A stretch of 64,000 bases of DNA, from the NCBI GenBank assembly GCA_963781585.1, contig CAWAGQ010000005.1, positions 96,001 to 160,000 on the forward strand, written 5' to 3'. This DNA comes from an uncultured Gemmatimonadaceae bacterium (lineage in GTDB: Bacteria; Gemmatimonadota; Gemmatimonadetes; Gemmatimonadales; Gemmatimonadaceae). Position 1 is the first letter of the stretch; each line of letters opens with the position of its first letter. A model generated the notes under the pieces. It had not been told where the DNA came from. It made no database searches and saw nothing but the letters and a program-made list of their open reading frames with translations. This document shows, one piece after another, positions 21,609-35,057 of the stretch. Made by a program: the position numbers and the translations under genes.

Positions 21609-22301
21609 ATGCGCACCACCGCGCTGATCATCGACGATGAAGCGCAGATCCGGCGCGTGGTGGCGAACGCGCTGCGGGATCTCGTGTCGCGCACCCTGGA
21701 AGCCTCCGCCGGGCGGCTGGCGATCGACCTGGCGGCGTCCGAACGTCCGGACCTCATCGTTCTGGATCTCGCGCTCCCCGACATGCCTGGGCGCGATGTC
21801 TGTCTGGAGATCCGCAAGTGGTCCACCGCACCCATCATCGTCCTGTCGGCACGCGATTCGGATCAGGAGAAGATTGCTCTGCTCGATGCCGGGGCCGATG
21901 ACTACGTGACCAAGCCGTTTTCCGCCGCCGAGCTGCGGGCCCGCGCGGGGGCGCAGCTCCGCCGTGCGCGGCTGGCCGCAGTCGCGGGCCCGGAGCAGGT
22001 GTTGCGCGTCGGCGCCCTCGAGATCGATCTGGCAAAGCCTGCCGTGCGGCGAGGGAGCGGCGCGGTGCATCTCACCCGGACGGAGTGGGATATCCTCCGG
22101 GCCCTGGTGCGTCACGCGGGCCGTACCCTGACGCACCAGCAGATCATTCGGGCAGTCTGGGGGAACGCGTTCGGGGACATGCAGCAGACGCTCCGCGTGC
22201 ATATCCGGGGGTTGCGACGGAAGCTCGAGATGGATCCCGTTCGGCCGTCACTCATCGTGACCGAGCCGGGCGTGGGGTATCGATTCGAGACCGGACCATG
22301 A
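21609..22301 (+). CDS. kdpE: KdpE-type OmpR-family response regulator
   Basis: LIIDDE, PDLIVLDLALPD, GADDYVTKPF, HLTRTEW, LRVHIRGLRRKLE.DP.RP.LIVTEPGVGYRF; kdp context. Confidence 0.9.
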   Translation: MRTTALIIDDEAQIRRVVANALRDLVSRTLEASAGRLAIDLAASERPDLIVLDLALPDMPGRDVCLEIRKWSTAPIIVLSARDSDQEKIALLDAGADDYVTKPFSAAELRARAGAQLRRARLAAVAGPEQVLRVGALEIDLAKPAVRRGSGAVHLTRTEWDILRALVRHAGRTLTHQQIIRAVWGNAFGDMQQTLRVHIRGLRRKLEMDPVRPSLIVTEPGVGYRFETGP

Positions 22302-23886
22302 ACCGGACGTCCGAGCGCGGACCCGTGCCCGGCGGGTGGCACTGGGTGCTGTGGCTGGGTGGGCTGGGGGTTCTCACCGCCACGCTGGTGCCGGTGCGCT
22401 CCCGGCTCAACGAGGCGCACATCGCGCTCGCGTTCCTGCTCCTGGTGCAATTCGCGAGTGCCCGTGGCGGCCGGGCGCTCGGGTTCACGGTGGCAGTTGC
22501 GGCGTTCTTCTGCTTCGACTTCTTCCTCCTTCCGCCCTACTACACGCTCCATCTCGACAATCCGGTAGACTGGCTGGTGCTGGCGGCGTTCCTGGTGACC
22601 GCGCTGGTGTCGGCGCAGCTCCTGTATCGAGCGCAGGCCGAAGCGGAGAACGCACGGCAGCGCGCGCACGAAGTCGACCGCCTGGCGTCGTTAGGCGCCG
22701 AGACCCTCAGCGCCGGGCGCGCCGATGCGGCGCTGGCCTCGATCGCCGGTATCATTCGCGCTACCCTGCAATTCGACGCGTGCATCGTTTACACCGTCGA
22801 TGCCGCGGTCGGCCAGCCGGCGGTGGCCGCCCAGGCGGGCATCCCCGGCTCGCCCCCGCCCCACGAGACCGCCCGCGAGGCGCGGTCCCTGGCGACCTGG
22901 GTGGCGGAGCACGGACAGGCGGCGGCACAGCGACTGGACCGGACCTCCACCCTCGGGGTCGCCCCGCGGGACGGCCGGCCGGGATCGCGGACCTGGCGCA
23001 GGTTCGCCTGCTCCTTCGCCCATTACGGGTCCGCGACCGCGTGGTCGGCGTGCTGGCCGTTCTCCGCGAAGGTGGTCTGGCGCTCTCGCCCGAGCAATTG
23101 CGCGTGCTCGACGCGCTCGACTACTACGCCGCGCTGGCGGTGGAGCGGGTGCGCCTGGTGGCCGAGGCCGAGCGCGCCGAGGTCCTGAAGGAAGCCGATC
23201 GCGCCAAGGATGCCCTGCTGGCGTCCGTGTCGCACGACCTGCGCACTCCGCTCACGACCATCAAGGGACTGGCGCACGAACTGGCGGAGGGCGGTGACGA
23301 CCGGGCGGTGGTGATCGAGGAGGAAGCCGACCGACTGGGCCGCCTGGTGGGCGACCTCCTCGATCTCTCCGCGATCAGCAGCGGAACGGTGCGACTCGAT
23401 CTGCAGCCTAACGAAGCGGAGGATCTCCTCGGCGCGGCCGCGCAACGTGCGGCCGGTGTACTTGGCGATCACGAGCTGCGGATCTCGGTGGCCGGCGGGG
23501 AGCAGCTCCTGTTCGGTCGCTTCGACTTCGCCCAGACGCTGCGCGCGCTGGTGAACCTCATCGAGAACGCCGCGAAGTACTCGCCGCCCGGCATGCCGAT
23601 CGCCCTCACGGCGGGGCGTGAGGGCGCGTGGCTGCGCTTCGACGTCGCCGACCGCGGTCCGGGCGTTGATTCCGCCGAACGCGAGCGCGTGTTCGAGGCG
23701 TTCTATCGCCGATCCGTCGGGGACCCCGCGCCACCGGGGTCCGGGCTCGGCCTCTCGATCGCCCGCAGCCTCATCGCGGCACAGGGCGGATCCATCACCT
23801 ATGGCGACCGCGACGGCGGCGGCAGCGTGTTCTCCATTCGCCTCCCCGCGCTCGACATCACCGAGACTTCCGCGCTCCCGGGATAA
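22298..23886 (+). CDS. kdpD: KdpD C-terminal half (DUF4118 membrane domain, GAF, histidine kinase); frameshift near 22975
   Basis: FDFFLLPPYYTL, SVSHDLRTPLTTIKG (H box), NLIENAAKYS, DRGPGV, GSGLGLSI. Lacks the N-terminal KdpD/USP domains. Confidence 0.85.
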
Positions 23887-23894
23887 GCCACCGG

Positions 23895-23915
23895 AATCTT
23901 CACGAAATCTTCACG
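23895..23915 (+). promoter_or_regulatory. Tandem direct repeat AATCTTCACG x2 (11-bp period), candidate KdpE binding site
   Basis: Perfect 10-bp repeat one helical turn apart, about 100 bp upstream of the kdp structural operon. Confidence 0.65.
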
Positions 23916-24013
23916 CGGTGGTCGTAGTCCCTCACAATGGATTCACCAGTCCCCCGATATCGTACTGTCGCCGGTGGACGGTATCGTCTCTGACGATTCG
24001 ACGGAGCACAGCG

Positions 24014-24136
24014 ATGATCGACCTGATCTACATCCTCATAACGGTGGCGTTCTTCGGCCTCATGCTCGCCTACTTGCGCGGCTGCGAAGTGCTCGGCCGC
24101 GGCGGAGTGGACGTCGACGAGGTGCGGAAGTCATGA
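24014..24136 (+). CDS. Small hydrophobic peptide upstream of kdpF (40 aa)
   Basis: RBS GGAG; MIDLIYILITVAFFGLMLAYLRGCEVL...; stop overlaps the kdpF ATG (ATGA). Confidence 0.75.
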   Translation: MIDLIYILITVAFFGLMLAYLRGCEVLGRGGVDVDEVRKS

Positions 24137-24222
24137 GTATCGAAAACGTGGTGGGCATACTCCTCTCGATGGGCGTGCTCGTGTACCTGATCTACACGTT
24201 GCTCCGGCCAGAGAAGTTCTGA
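24133..24222 (+). CDS. kdpF: K+-transporting ATPase subunit F
   Basis: MSIENVVGILLSMGVLVYLIYTLLRPEKF, with the canonical YL..LL.PEKF end. Confidence 0.92.
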   Translation: MSIENVVGILLSMGVLVYLIYTLLRPEKF

Positions 24223-24223
24223 T

Positions 24224-25954
24224 ATGACCGCGAACGGCTGGCTGCAGATCCTCTTCTACTCCGTGGTGCTGTTGGCGCTCACCAAGCCGCTCGGGCTGTA
24301 CATGGTGCGCGTCTACGACGGCTCCATGGGCTGGCTGCGCGCCATCGAGCGGCCGATCTACCGCGTCTGCGGCGTCGATCCGGACGAGGATCAGCACTGG
24401 ACGCGCTACGGCGCCGCGTTGCTGCTCTTCAGTCTCGCGGGGATGCTGCTCACGTATCTCGTGCTGCGGCTGCAAGCGCATGCTGCCGCTCAATCCCGCC
24501 CACATGCCGGCGGTGACCGACCATCAGTCGTTCGAGACCGCGGCGTCGTTCACCACGAACACGAACTGGCAGTCGTACGGCGGCGAGACGACGATGTCGT
24601 ACTTCTCGCAGATGACGCAGCTCGCGTTCCACAACTTCGTCTCGGCCGCCGCGGGCATGGCCGCCGTGATCGCGCATGATCCGCGGCATCGCGCGGAACG
24701 GCACGGAAGCGAAGGGCCGCATCGGCAACTTCTGGGCGGACCTGGTGCGGGGCACGCTGTACATCCTGCTGCCGCTCTCGCTGGTCGTCGCGCTCGTGCA
24801 TCGTCCAGCAGGGCGTGATCCAGAACTTCAAGGCGTACCTCGAAGTGACGACGCTCGAAGGCGCGAAGCAGGTGCTCGCGATGGGTCCGGCGGCGAGCCA
24901 GATCGCCATCAAGCAGCTCGGCACGAACGGCGGCGGCTTCTTCAACGTCAATTCCGCGCATCCGTTCGAGAACCCCACGCCGTGGTCGAACTTCGTCGAG
25001 ATGTTCTCGATCCTCGTGATCTCGAGCGCGCTCACCTGGACCTTCGGCCGGATGGTGAGGAAGCAGGCGCACGGCTGGGCGGTCTGGGCGGCGATGTTCG
25101 TGCTTTTCTTCGGCGGCGTGACGATGGCGTACTGGGCCGAGGCGCGGGGCAATCCGATTCACGCCGCGCGCGGCGTGGACGTCGTGGCCAGCCCCGTGAA
25201 TCCGGGCGGCAACATGGAGGGGAAGGAGGTGCGCTTCGGGATCGCCAACTCCGCGCTCTGGGCCGTCGCCACCACGGATGCGTCCAACGGCTCGGTGAAC
25301 TCGATGCACGACTCGTACACGCCGCTAGGCGGCATGGTCCGATCATGAACATGCAGCTCGGCGAAGTGGTGTTCGGCGGCGTGGGGTCGGGGCTGTACGG
25401 AATGATCGTGATGGCGGTGCTTACGGTGTTCATCGCCGGCCTGATGGTGGGACGCACGCCGGAGTATCTCGGGAAGAAGATCCAGGCGCGCGAGATCCAG
25501 ATGGTGATGCTGTACGTGCTGATCTTCCCCGCCGCCATCCTCATTCCCGACGGCGATCTCGGTGCTGTTGCCCGCTGGGCTCAAGGGGCTCAACAACGCC
25601 GGGCCGCACGGGCTCTCGGAGATCCTGTACGCCTTCACGTCGACCGGCGGCGAACAATGGCAGCGCCTTCGCCGGGCTGACGGGATCCACGTACTACTAC
25701 AACACGCTGTTCGGGCTGAATACGCTCATCGGCCGCTTCGCGATGATGGTGCCGATGCTGGCGCTCGGCGGATTCCTCGCCGAGAAGAAGCTGGTCCCTG
25801 AATCGGCGGGGACGTTCCCGGTCACGACGCCGCTCTTCGTCGTGCTGCTCGTGTCGCGTCATGCTGATCGTCGGTGCGCTGACGTTCTTCCCCGTGCTCT
25901 CGCTCGGCCCGCATCGTCGAGCACCTGCTGATGGGCGCGGGGAGGGTGTTCTGA
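24224..25954 (+). CDS. kdpA: K+-transporting ATPase subunit A (multiple frameshifts)
   Basis: [77 protein letters not shown]. Confidence 0.93.
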
Positions 25955-25956
25955 CC

Positions 25957-28098
<2,142 letters not shown>

Positions 28099-28107
28099 CG
28101 ATGCACG

Positions 28108-28692
28108 ATGCTCCGCAAACAGGTCCGGCCGGCGATCGTCATGACGCTCGTGCTGTGCGTCATCACCGGCTTCATCTACCCGGCATCATGACGGGGATCG
28201 CGCAGCTGCTCTTTCCCCGTCAGGCCAACGGCTCGCTCGTCACGGTGAACGGGCGCGTGGTCGGCAGCGCGTTGATCGGGCAGCCGTTCACGCAGCCGTA
28301 CTACTTTCATCCCCGGCCGTCGGCGGCCGGGAACGGCTACGACGCGTCCGCCTCGTCCGGCACGAACAAGGGCCCCACCGACGCGAAGCTCGCCGACACG
28401 CTCATCGCTCCGCGCGTGGACAGCGCTGGTGGCGGCCGGGGAAGTGACGAAGGGGCATGTGCCGTCCGACATGGTCACCGCGTCGGCATCGGGACTCGAT
28501 CCGCACATCTCGCCGGCGAACGCGCTTCGCGCAGGTGGGGCGCGTGGCGCGAGCGCGGAGCGCCGATTCCGCCGCCGTGCTCGCGCTGGTCGGCGCCACG
28601 TCGAGGGACGGACGTTCGGATTCCTCGGCGAGCCGCGGGTGAACGTCCTCCTGCTCAACATCGCGCTCGACTCGGCGTTCGCGCGCCGGTAG
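28108..28692 (+). CDS. kdpC: K+-transporting ATPase subunit C (frameshifts)
   Basis: [55 protein letters not shown]. Confidence 0.9.
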
Positions 28693-28713
28693 GGGACAAG
28701 GAGCTCATTCAAT

Positions 28714-29855
28714 ATGCGCATGTCATCTCAGACGCCAACGATGGCGCCTGCCTGTGGCCTGGCCCGGTGCGCCGTCTGGCTCGTCGCTCGCGGCGCCACT
28801 CGCCGCGCAATCCCCGGCCCCCGACTCCGCGAACAAGGTGCAGCTCAGCGGTTACGTCACAGCCTCGTACTTCTACGCCACCGAACCCGACGGGCGGCGG
28901 ATTACCGGGCGATTGTACGATCGCTTTCATGACGAGTTCGAGGTGAATGCCGCACGCCTCACGATTCAGAAGCCGGTCGCGATCGACAGGCGCGATGCCG
29001 GCTTCCAGGTGGACCTGCTCTACGGGCAGAACGCCTCGCAGATCCGCTCGGCGGGCCTCTCGCTCGGTGACGATGGCGACATTCCGCAGGCGTTCGTGAC
29101 CCTGAACGTGCCCACCGGGCAGGACCGGTACGTGCGGTTCGCGGCCGGAAAGCGCTGGACCATGATGGACGTGGAGTACGTCGACGATATCCTGAATCCC
29201 AACTACTCGCACGGCTACCCGTACATCTACGTGTCGAACTTCACCGACGTCGGCTTGAGCGTCGAAGCGAAGGTCTTCGGCGTCGTGGAGGCCGACGTGC
29301 GGTTGATCAATGGCTGGGACGTCGTGGAGGACAACAACAAGGCGAAGTCCGTCATGGCCCGACTCGGCATCACGCCATCGGACAAGGTGGCGCTGTCGTT
29401 CCTGGCCGGCGCGGGACCTGAACAGGCGGACAATACACACGACAATCGGTACGTGGGGCAGTTCGTCGGAACCTTCAAGCCGGCTCAGAAGACTACGTTC
29501 TACACGGAGTTCGACGCCGGAAGCGAGGAAGGACTTGGCCGCGGATGGTGGAAGCGCTTCATGGTGGAGCGCCGGCGTGTGGGGCGTCTTCGATCTCTGG
29601 CCCGCGGCGTCGCTCGCGCTGCGCGGCGACTATCTCGACGACACGGACGGGGTGCGCACCTCGGGCGTGTTCGGATTCCCCGATGCCGCCTCGCGACGGT
29701 TGCAGAGCCTGACAGCGACATTCAATGTGAAGTGGTGGGAGCATGCGCTGGTCCGGCCGGAGGTCCGCTTCGAGCATTCGAACCGGGACGACTTCGGCGG
29801 TGGAGTGAAGGCCAGCCAGCTGACGCTTGGTCTCGCGATGTCGTACATCTTCTGA
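28714..29855 (+). CDS. Outer-membrane beta-barrel porin (DUF1597-like); frameshifts near 28750 and 29560
   Basis: Signal-like start; [53 protein letters not shown]; terminal aromatic residue (..SYIF). Confidence 0.75.
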
Positions 29856-29936
29856 CGGATGGGTGCCGCCTCGCCGGGGCACAGCGGCGCGCGCAGAAAG
29901 GTCATCGCCCAGGAACAGATGGTGTCAGCCCATATC

Positions 29937-31194
29937 ATGGCCGAATCCGCACCCGAAGATCGGGCAGTGCCGGGGCCACCGCCCCTGAAGGGGCCTCGCC
30001 AGGCGCGGCGGAGGTCGCGGGCGAATCGCAGATCGGAACCACCGGTTTCTTCGAGATCGTCCGCCGCCGCGAGCGCGGCAAACTCAAGGTGTACATCGGC
30101 TCGGCAGCGGGCACCGGGAAATCGTATCGCATGCTGCAGGAGGCGCACGAGCTTCGGCGTCGCGGCGTGGATGTCGTCGTGGGGTTCATCGAGTCTCACG
30201 GCCGCTCCGAGACCGAGGCGCAGATCGGCAGCATCGAGGTGGTGGCCCGAAAGCAGATCCCGTATCGCGGCGTCATGCTCGAGGAGATGGACCTCGATGC
30301 GGTCATTGCACGCCGCCCCGAGGTGGCGATCGTCGACGAACTGGCGCACTCGAACGTGCCCGGCACCAAGCATCGCAAGCGCTGGGAGGACGTGCTCGAT
30401 CTGCTCGACGAGGGCATCAACGTCATTTCCGCCGTCAACGTGCAGCATCTGGAGTCGCTCAACGACGTCATCTCCCGTACGCTGGGCGTCACCGTGCGCG
30501 AGACGGTGCCCGACTGGGTCATCATGCAGGCCGACCAGGTCGTCAACCTCGACATTTCCGCGCAGGATCTCCAGCAGCGGCTGCGCGAGGGCAAGATCTA
30601 CAAGCCGGAGAAGATCGCGACGGCGTTATCGAACTTCTTCACCCATGAGAATCTGACGACGCTCCGCGAGCTCGCGCTGCGAGAGGTGGCCAAGTTCGGT
30701 GGACCGGGTGCGCGAGGAGATCGTGCGCCGCGAGGAAGGAACCGCGACGCGCCGGACGGTCGATCGTATCCTGGTCGCGATGTCCAGCAATCCGACGTAC
30801 ACGGCCGAGCTGCTCCGCAAGGGGAGCCGGGTGGCGGGGCGGCTCAACTCGGACTGGTACTGCGTCTACGTCCAGACGCCGGAGGAGACGTGCGTCGCGC
30901 ATCGACTCGGCCGTCCAGCGGAAGCTGGTGGACAACATCCAGCTGGCGCAGACGCTGGGCGCGGAGGTGGTGAAACTGGAAGGGGACGACGTGGCCGCGG
31001 CGCTCCTCCGGTTCGCACGGGAGAAGGGTGTCACGCTCATCCTGGTGGGACAGAGCCGCCGCTCGTGGTGGCAGCGGTTCCGTCAGGGATCGGTGACCGA
31101 TCGCCTGATGAAGAACACGCAAGGACTCGACGTGCTGGTGGTGGCGTTCGATTCGTCCACCGCGGCGGGAAGCCGCGCGGAGAGCGTGCGGTGA
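29937..31194 (+). CDS. Stand-alone KdpD N-terminal sensor domain plus USP domain (frameshifts)
   Basis: RGKLKVYIGSAAGTGKSYRML, ESHGRSET, VDELAHSNVPG, NVQHLESLND, LTTLRELALRE; then USP-like RILVAMS...LILVGQS. Confidence 0.88.
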
Positions 31195-32220
31195 GAGTCG
31201 GCCAGCGGCTCTTCCTGGCCGTTATCCCGGCGGTCATCGGCATTCTCGCCGTCGCCGCGCTCTACTACTGGGGACAGTTCGCGCGCGTCGTGCCTGAGTG
31301 GGTCGTGGCGATCGCGATCGTCGCGGCGACCCTGTCCCTGGTCATCTCGTGGATGAACACGCGCTACATCGCCACCCGTATCGATCGCCTGGCCGCGCGC
31401 GTCGGCGAGACGCGGGCCGCCGACGTCCGCGCGCCCCGCGCTCGGTTGCGCAGGCCATCACCGAGGTTGCGCAGACGGTCACCGACGTCGTCGCTCCGCG
31501 CGAGGCGAACCGCGGATCGCCTGACGAAATCGACGCGATCGAACAGACGGTCCAGCGGCTGAGCACCGCCGTCTCCGATGCCGAAGCCGAGCGGAAAGCC
31601 AAGCTCGAGGCGCTGGCGGTGCGCGAGCGCGAATACGCGGAGCTGGTGACGCAGACATCCAACGTCGGTGGCAAAGGCGCTCGACGAGGTTCGTCTGCCA
31701 CTTCACATTCTCCTCGAAAATCGCTTCGGGGAGCTGAACGAGAATCAGGAGGAGATGCTCGGCGCCGCCAACGTGGCCACGGAGGAGGCCACTGAGCGGG
31801 TACATCGCCCTGCGCGACATCGCCGACTTCGATCGGGGCGCGGTCGCGAACCGCGACGAGGCGGTGCGGTTCAGGGACATCTTCGGTTCGCTGGCGCCCA
31901 TGCTGCTTGCCGAGGCCGGGCTGCGTGGGGTCGTGGTACGGATCGACCTGGCTCCGGGGCTCCCTTCCATTGTGGGCGATCGCCGGCGCATTCAGGAGAG
32001 CGTGAGCGAGGTCCTCCTCGATGCGGTGCGCGCAACGCCGGACGGGACCAACCTCGACGTGTCGGCGGAGTTCGATGCCGGAGCCATCCGGGTCACGGCC
32101 TCGCATGGCGGCCAGGCGGCGCCGATCACGCAGCACGCACTCGCGCGCCGCGTGCTCGAGGCGCACCGTGGCTCCCTCGAGGAGACGCCGGGGCGGACCG
32201 TCATCCGATTCGCGCGATAG
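31191..32220 (+). CDS. Membrane-anchored histidine-kinase-like protein, degenerate (frameshifts)
   Basis: 2 TM, HAMP-like DEIDAI segment, HisKA-like ALDEVRLPLH..LL...GELNENQEEML, truncated HATPase-like tail. Confidence 0.6.
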
Positions 32221-32461
32221 CGCACCCACCGACCGGGACTTTCGGTAACAGACCCGGGTTCCTGACGTTGCCCTGGAGCAACGCGAGCAGCTCTCGCGCT
32301 ATCCGCGTTCGTGAGGGGGCTGGCGGGATCGAGGAGGGTGGCGGACGGCTCGATTTCCCCACTTCCTCTGCTCCGGCCGGACGCAGATACTATGGTCGTC
32401 ACTCCACGCGCGCCCGGCACATGGCCTGCCGGATCTCCCGCCGCCCACCTGCCCCCCCGTC

Positions 32462-34849
32462 GTGTCAGATCTCGTCACCGCCTTGCGAGATGCCCTCGCC
32501 GGCCGATATACCATCGACCGCGAGATCGGCCATGGTGGCATGGCGAGCGTCCTCCTCGCGCATGACGTGCGGCACGACCGTCCCGTCGCGGTCAAGGTGC
32601 TCCACCCCCAGATCGCCGCAGCGGTGGGATCCGAGCGCTTCCTTCGCGAGATCCAGGTAGCGGCTCGGCTGCGACACCCGCACATTCTGCCGCTCTTCGA
32701 CTCCGGCGAGGCGGCGGGACTCCTGTTCTACGTGATGCCGTACGTGGCCGGGGAGTCCCTGCGCGAACGACTGCGGCGGGCGGGCGCCCTTCCGTTGGCG
32801 GACGCGTTGCGCATCGCCCGCGAGGTGGCAGACGCGCTCGACTACGCGCATAAGCAGGGAGTGGTGCATCGCGATATCAAACCCGACAACATACTGATCG
32901 ACGACCGGCACGCGCTGATCGCGGATTTCGGCATCGCGCGCGCCGTCGCGCTCGACGACACGAGCGAGATGCTCACGTCCACGGGTCTGCTCGTGGGCAC
33001 GCCGGCGTACATGAGCCCGGAGCAGGTGAGCGGCGACCGCCTGCTCGACGGCCGGAGCGACCTCTACGCGCTGGGGTGCGTGCTCCATGAAATGCTCACG
33101 GGCGAGCCGCCGTTTTCGGGTCCGACGGCGCAGGCCATCATGGCAAAGCGCTTCGCCGGCGCCGCGCCGGCCATACCGGCTGACATCCCGCCGCCGGTAA
33201 CGGCGATCGTCGCTACGGCAATGCAGGTGGTCCCCGACAAGCGCTATGGCTCCGGGCGGGAGATGGCCGACGCACTCGACGCCGCAGAGAGCGCGAGCCG
33301 GGGTGTCGTGCCGACACCCGCGACGATGGCGACCAGGCCACCATTGCTGCGCCGTCCCGCCGTCGTGCTGGGCACGGCCGGCGCCCTCGTCGCGGTGATC
33401 GTGGCCGCCGTGCTGCTGAGGCAGCACGAACCAGCCGGAGCGGCACCCCCGGTGCAGGCCGCGTCGATCATGCCCTCGGTTGGCGTGCTGCCATTCGCCA
33501 ACCGGAGCGACAGCCGGGAGATGGAGTACTTCAGTGACGGCGTCACCGACGAGCTCATCACCGCGCTTTCGCGGGTGACCGGGATTCAGGTGGCCGGTCG
33601 TACCTCATCATTCTCGCTGAAGGGCAAGGGGCTCACGGCGCAGCAATCGGCCGACACGCTGCACGTGAAACTGCTGATCGACGGCAGCGTGCGGAGCAGC
33701 GGCCCGAGCGTCCGGGTGACGTGGGGTCTGATCGACGGCGCGAGCGGGCGGAGTCTCAACACCGGCGACTTCGACGGTGAGATGCGCAACGTCATCGCCC
33801 TGCAGGATTCGCTCGCCCGCACCATCGTGGCGCAGCTGCAGCCGGCGTTAGGCATCACGGTCACAGCCTCCACGCCCCGCCATACCACCGCGAACTTCGA
33901 GGCGTACAATCTGTATCTGCAGGGGCACTACTACTGGAACCAGCGGACGCCCGCGAGCATGCGGCGCGGCATCGCGTACTTCCGGGACGCCATCGCGCGG
34001 GATTCCGGCTACGCGCTGGCGTGGGCGGAACTGTCGAGCGCCTACACCCTGGAGGCGGGATTCGGCGACATGCGCCCCGGTGAGGTGCGGGACCTCGCGC
34101 GCGCGGCCGCCGAGCGGGCGGTGCGTCTCGACTCCACCCTGTCGGAGGGGTATACGGCGTTAGGCATCTGGCATTCGCTCGCAAACCAGGACTGGGCGAC
34201 GGCGCTGCCATATCTGGATCGGGCGGTGGCACTCGACTCGGCCAACTCGTTTCCGCACCTCTTTCGTACCTGGCCGCTGCTGGCGCTCGGACGCGGAGAG
34301 GAAGCCCTGGCTGAGGTCCGGAAGGCCGTGGCGCTCGATCCGCTGGCACCCACGCAGAATGCGCGGCTGGGCACCGTCCTCACCTGCCTGCGCCGCTACG
34401 ACGAGGCAATCGCCGGATTGCGCCGGGCCATCGAGCTCGATCCGTCAAACGTGCAGGCACGATTCGAGCTGGGGCACGCGTACGCGATGAAGGGTCGATT
34501 CGACGAGGCGTTCAAGGCGTTTCCCGACGCCATCGAATCGCAGGCCGGGTTCTCCACCGGATGGCTGGCCGCTTCCCTTGGCCGGGCCGGGCGGCCGGCG
34601 CAGGCGCGCGCGCTCTACGACCGGTTGCTGGCGCTGTCGAGGCAACGGCACGTCACGCAGGAGGCGCTGGCCCTCGCCGCGCTCGGCGCCGGTGACAAGT
34701 CACTCGCGCTGGACTGGCTGGAACGCGGGGTGCGCGAGCATTCGTTCTATCTCGTCTTTCTGAATGACGATCCGCTGTTCGACCCGCTGCGGAACGAGCC
34801 GCGGTTCCAGGCGATGCTGCGGCAGCTCCGGTTTCCCGGCGTGGGGTAG
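32462..34849 (+). CDS. Hanks-type Ser/Thr protein kinase with TM, TolB-like and TPR domains
   Basis: GHGGMASV, VAVKVL, HRDIKPDN, DFG, GTPAYMSPEQ; SVGVLPFAN...YFSDGVTDELI; TPR repeats. Confidence 0.95.
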   Translation: MSDLVTALRDALAGRYTIDREIGHGGMASVLLAHDVRHDRPVAVKVLHPQIAAAVGSERFLREIQVAARLRHPHILPLFDSGEAAGLLFYVMPYVAGESLRERLRRAGALPLADALRIAREVADALDYAHKQGVVHRDIKPDNILIDDRHALIADFGIARAVALDDTSEMLTSTGLLVGTPAYMSPEQVSGDRLLDGRSDLYALGCVLHEMLTGEPPFSGPTAQAIMAKRFAGAAPAIPADIPPPVTAIVATAMQVVPDKRYGSGREMADALDAAESASRGVVPTPATMATRPPLLRRPAVVLGTAGALVAVIVAAVLLRQHEPAGAAPPVQAASIMPSVGVLPFANRSDSREMEYFSDGVTDELITALSRVTGIQVAGRTSSFSLKGKGLTAQQSADTLHVKLLIDGSVRSSGPSVRVTWGLIDGASGRSLNTGDFDGEMRNVIALQDSLARTIVAQLQPALGITVTASTPRHTTANFEAYNLYLQGHYYWNQRTPASMRRGIAYFRDAIARDSGYALAWAELSSAYTLEAGFGDMRPGEVRDLARAAAERAVRLDSTLSEGYTALGIWHSLANQDWATALPYLDRAVALDSANSFPHLFRTWPLLALGRGEEALAEVRKAVALDPLAPTQNARLGTVLTCLRRYDEAIAGLRRAIELDPSNVQARFELGHAYAMKGRFDEAFKAFPDAIESQAGFSTGWLAASLGRAGRPAQARALYDRLLALSRQRHVTQEALALAALGAGDKSLALDWLERGVREHSFYLVFLNDDPLFDPLRNEPRFQAMLRQLRFPGVG

Positions 34850-35057
34850 TCCATTCCTCTCCTCTCTGCGGCTTCTGCGGTTCACGGACCACCGGAGGCG
34901 CGAAGGACACAGAGCATCCGCTTCATCCGCCAAATCCGTTGCCGTTTCAGCTCCTGGGCATGGGCAGGGCGTGCGAGTCCGACCGGGCCGCAACACCCTC
35001 CCCTCTCCGGCACCAGCATTCAGACTCCCACAAAGGCCGACACAGGACGTCCGCAAC

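Noticed and set aside
28754..30973. 739-aa porin-KdpD fusion in the ORF track
   Set aside because: The porin's real C-terminus is in another frame and ends at 29855 (..SYIF*). The apparent fusion results from indels.
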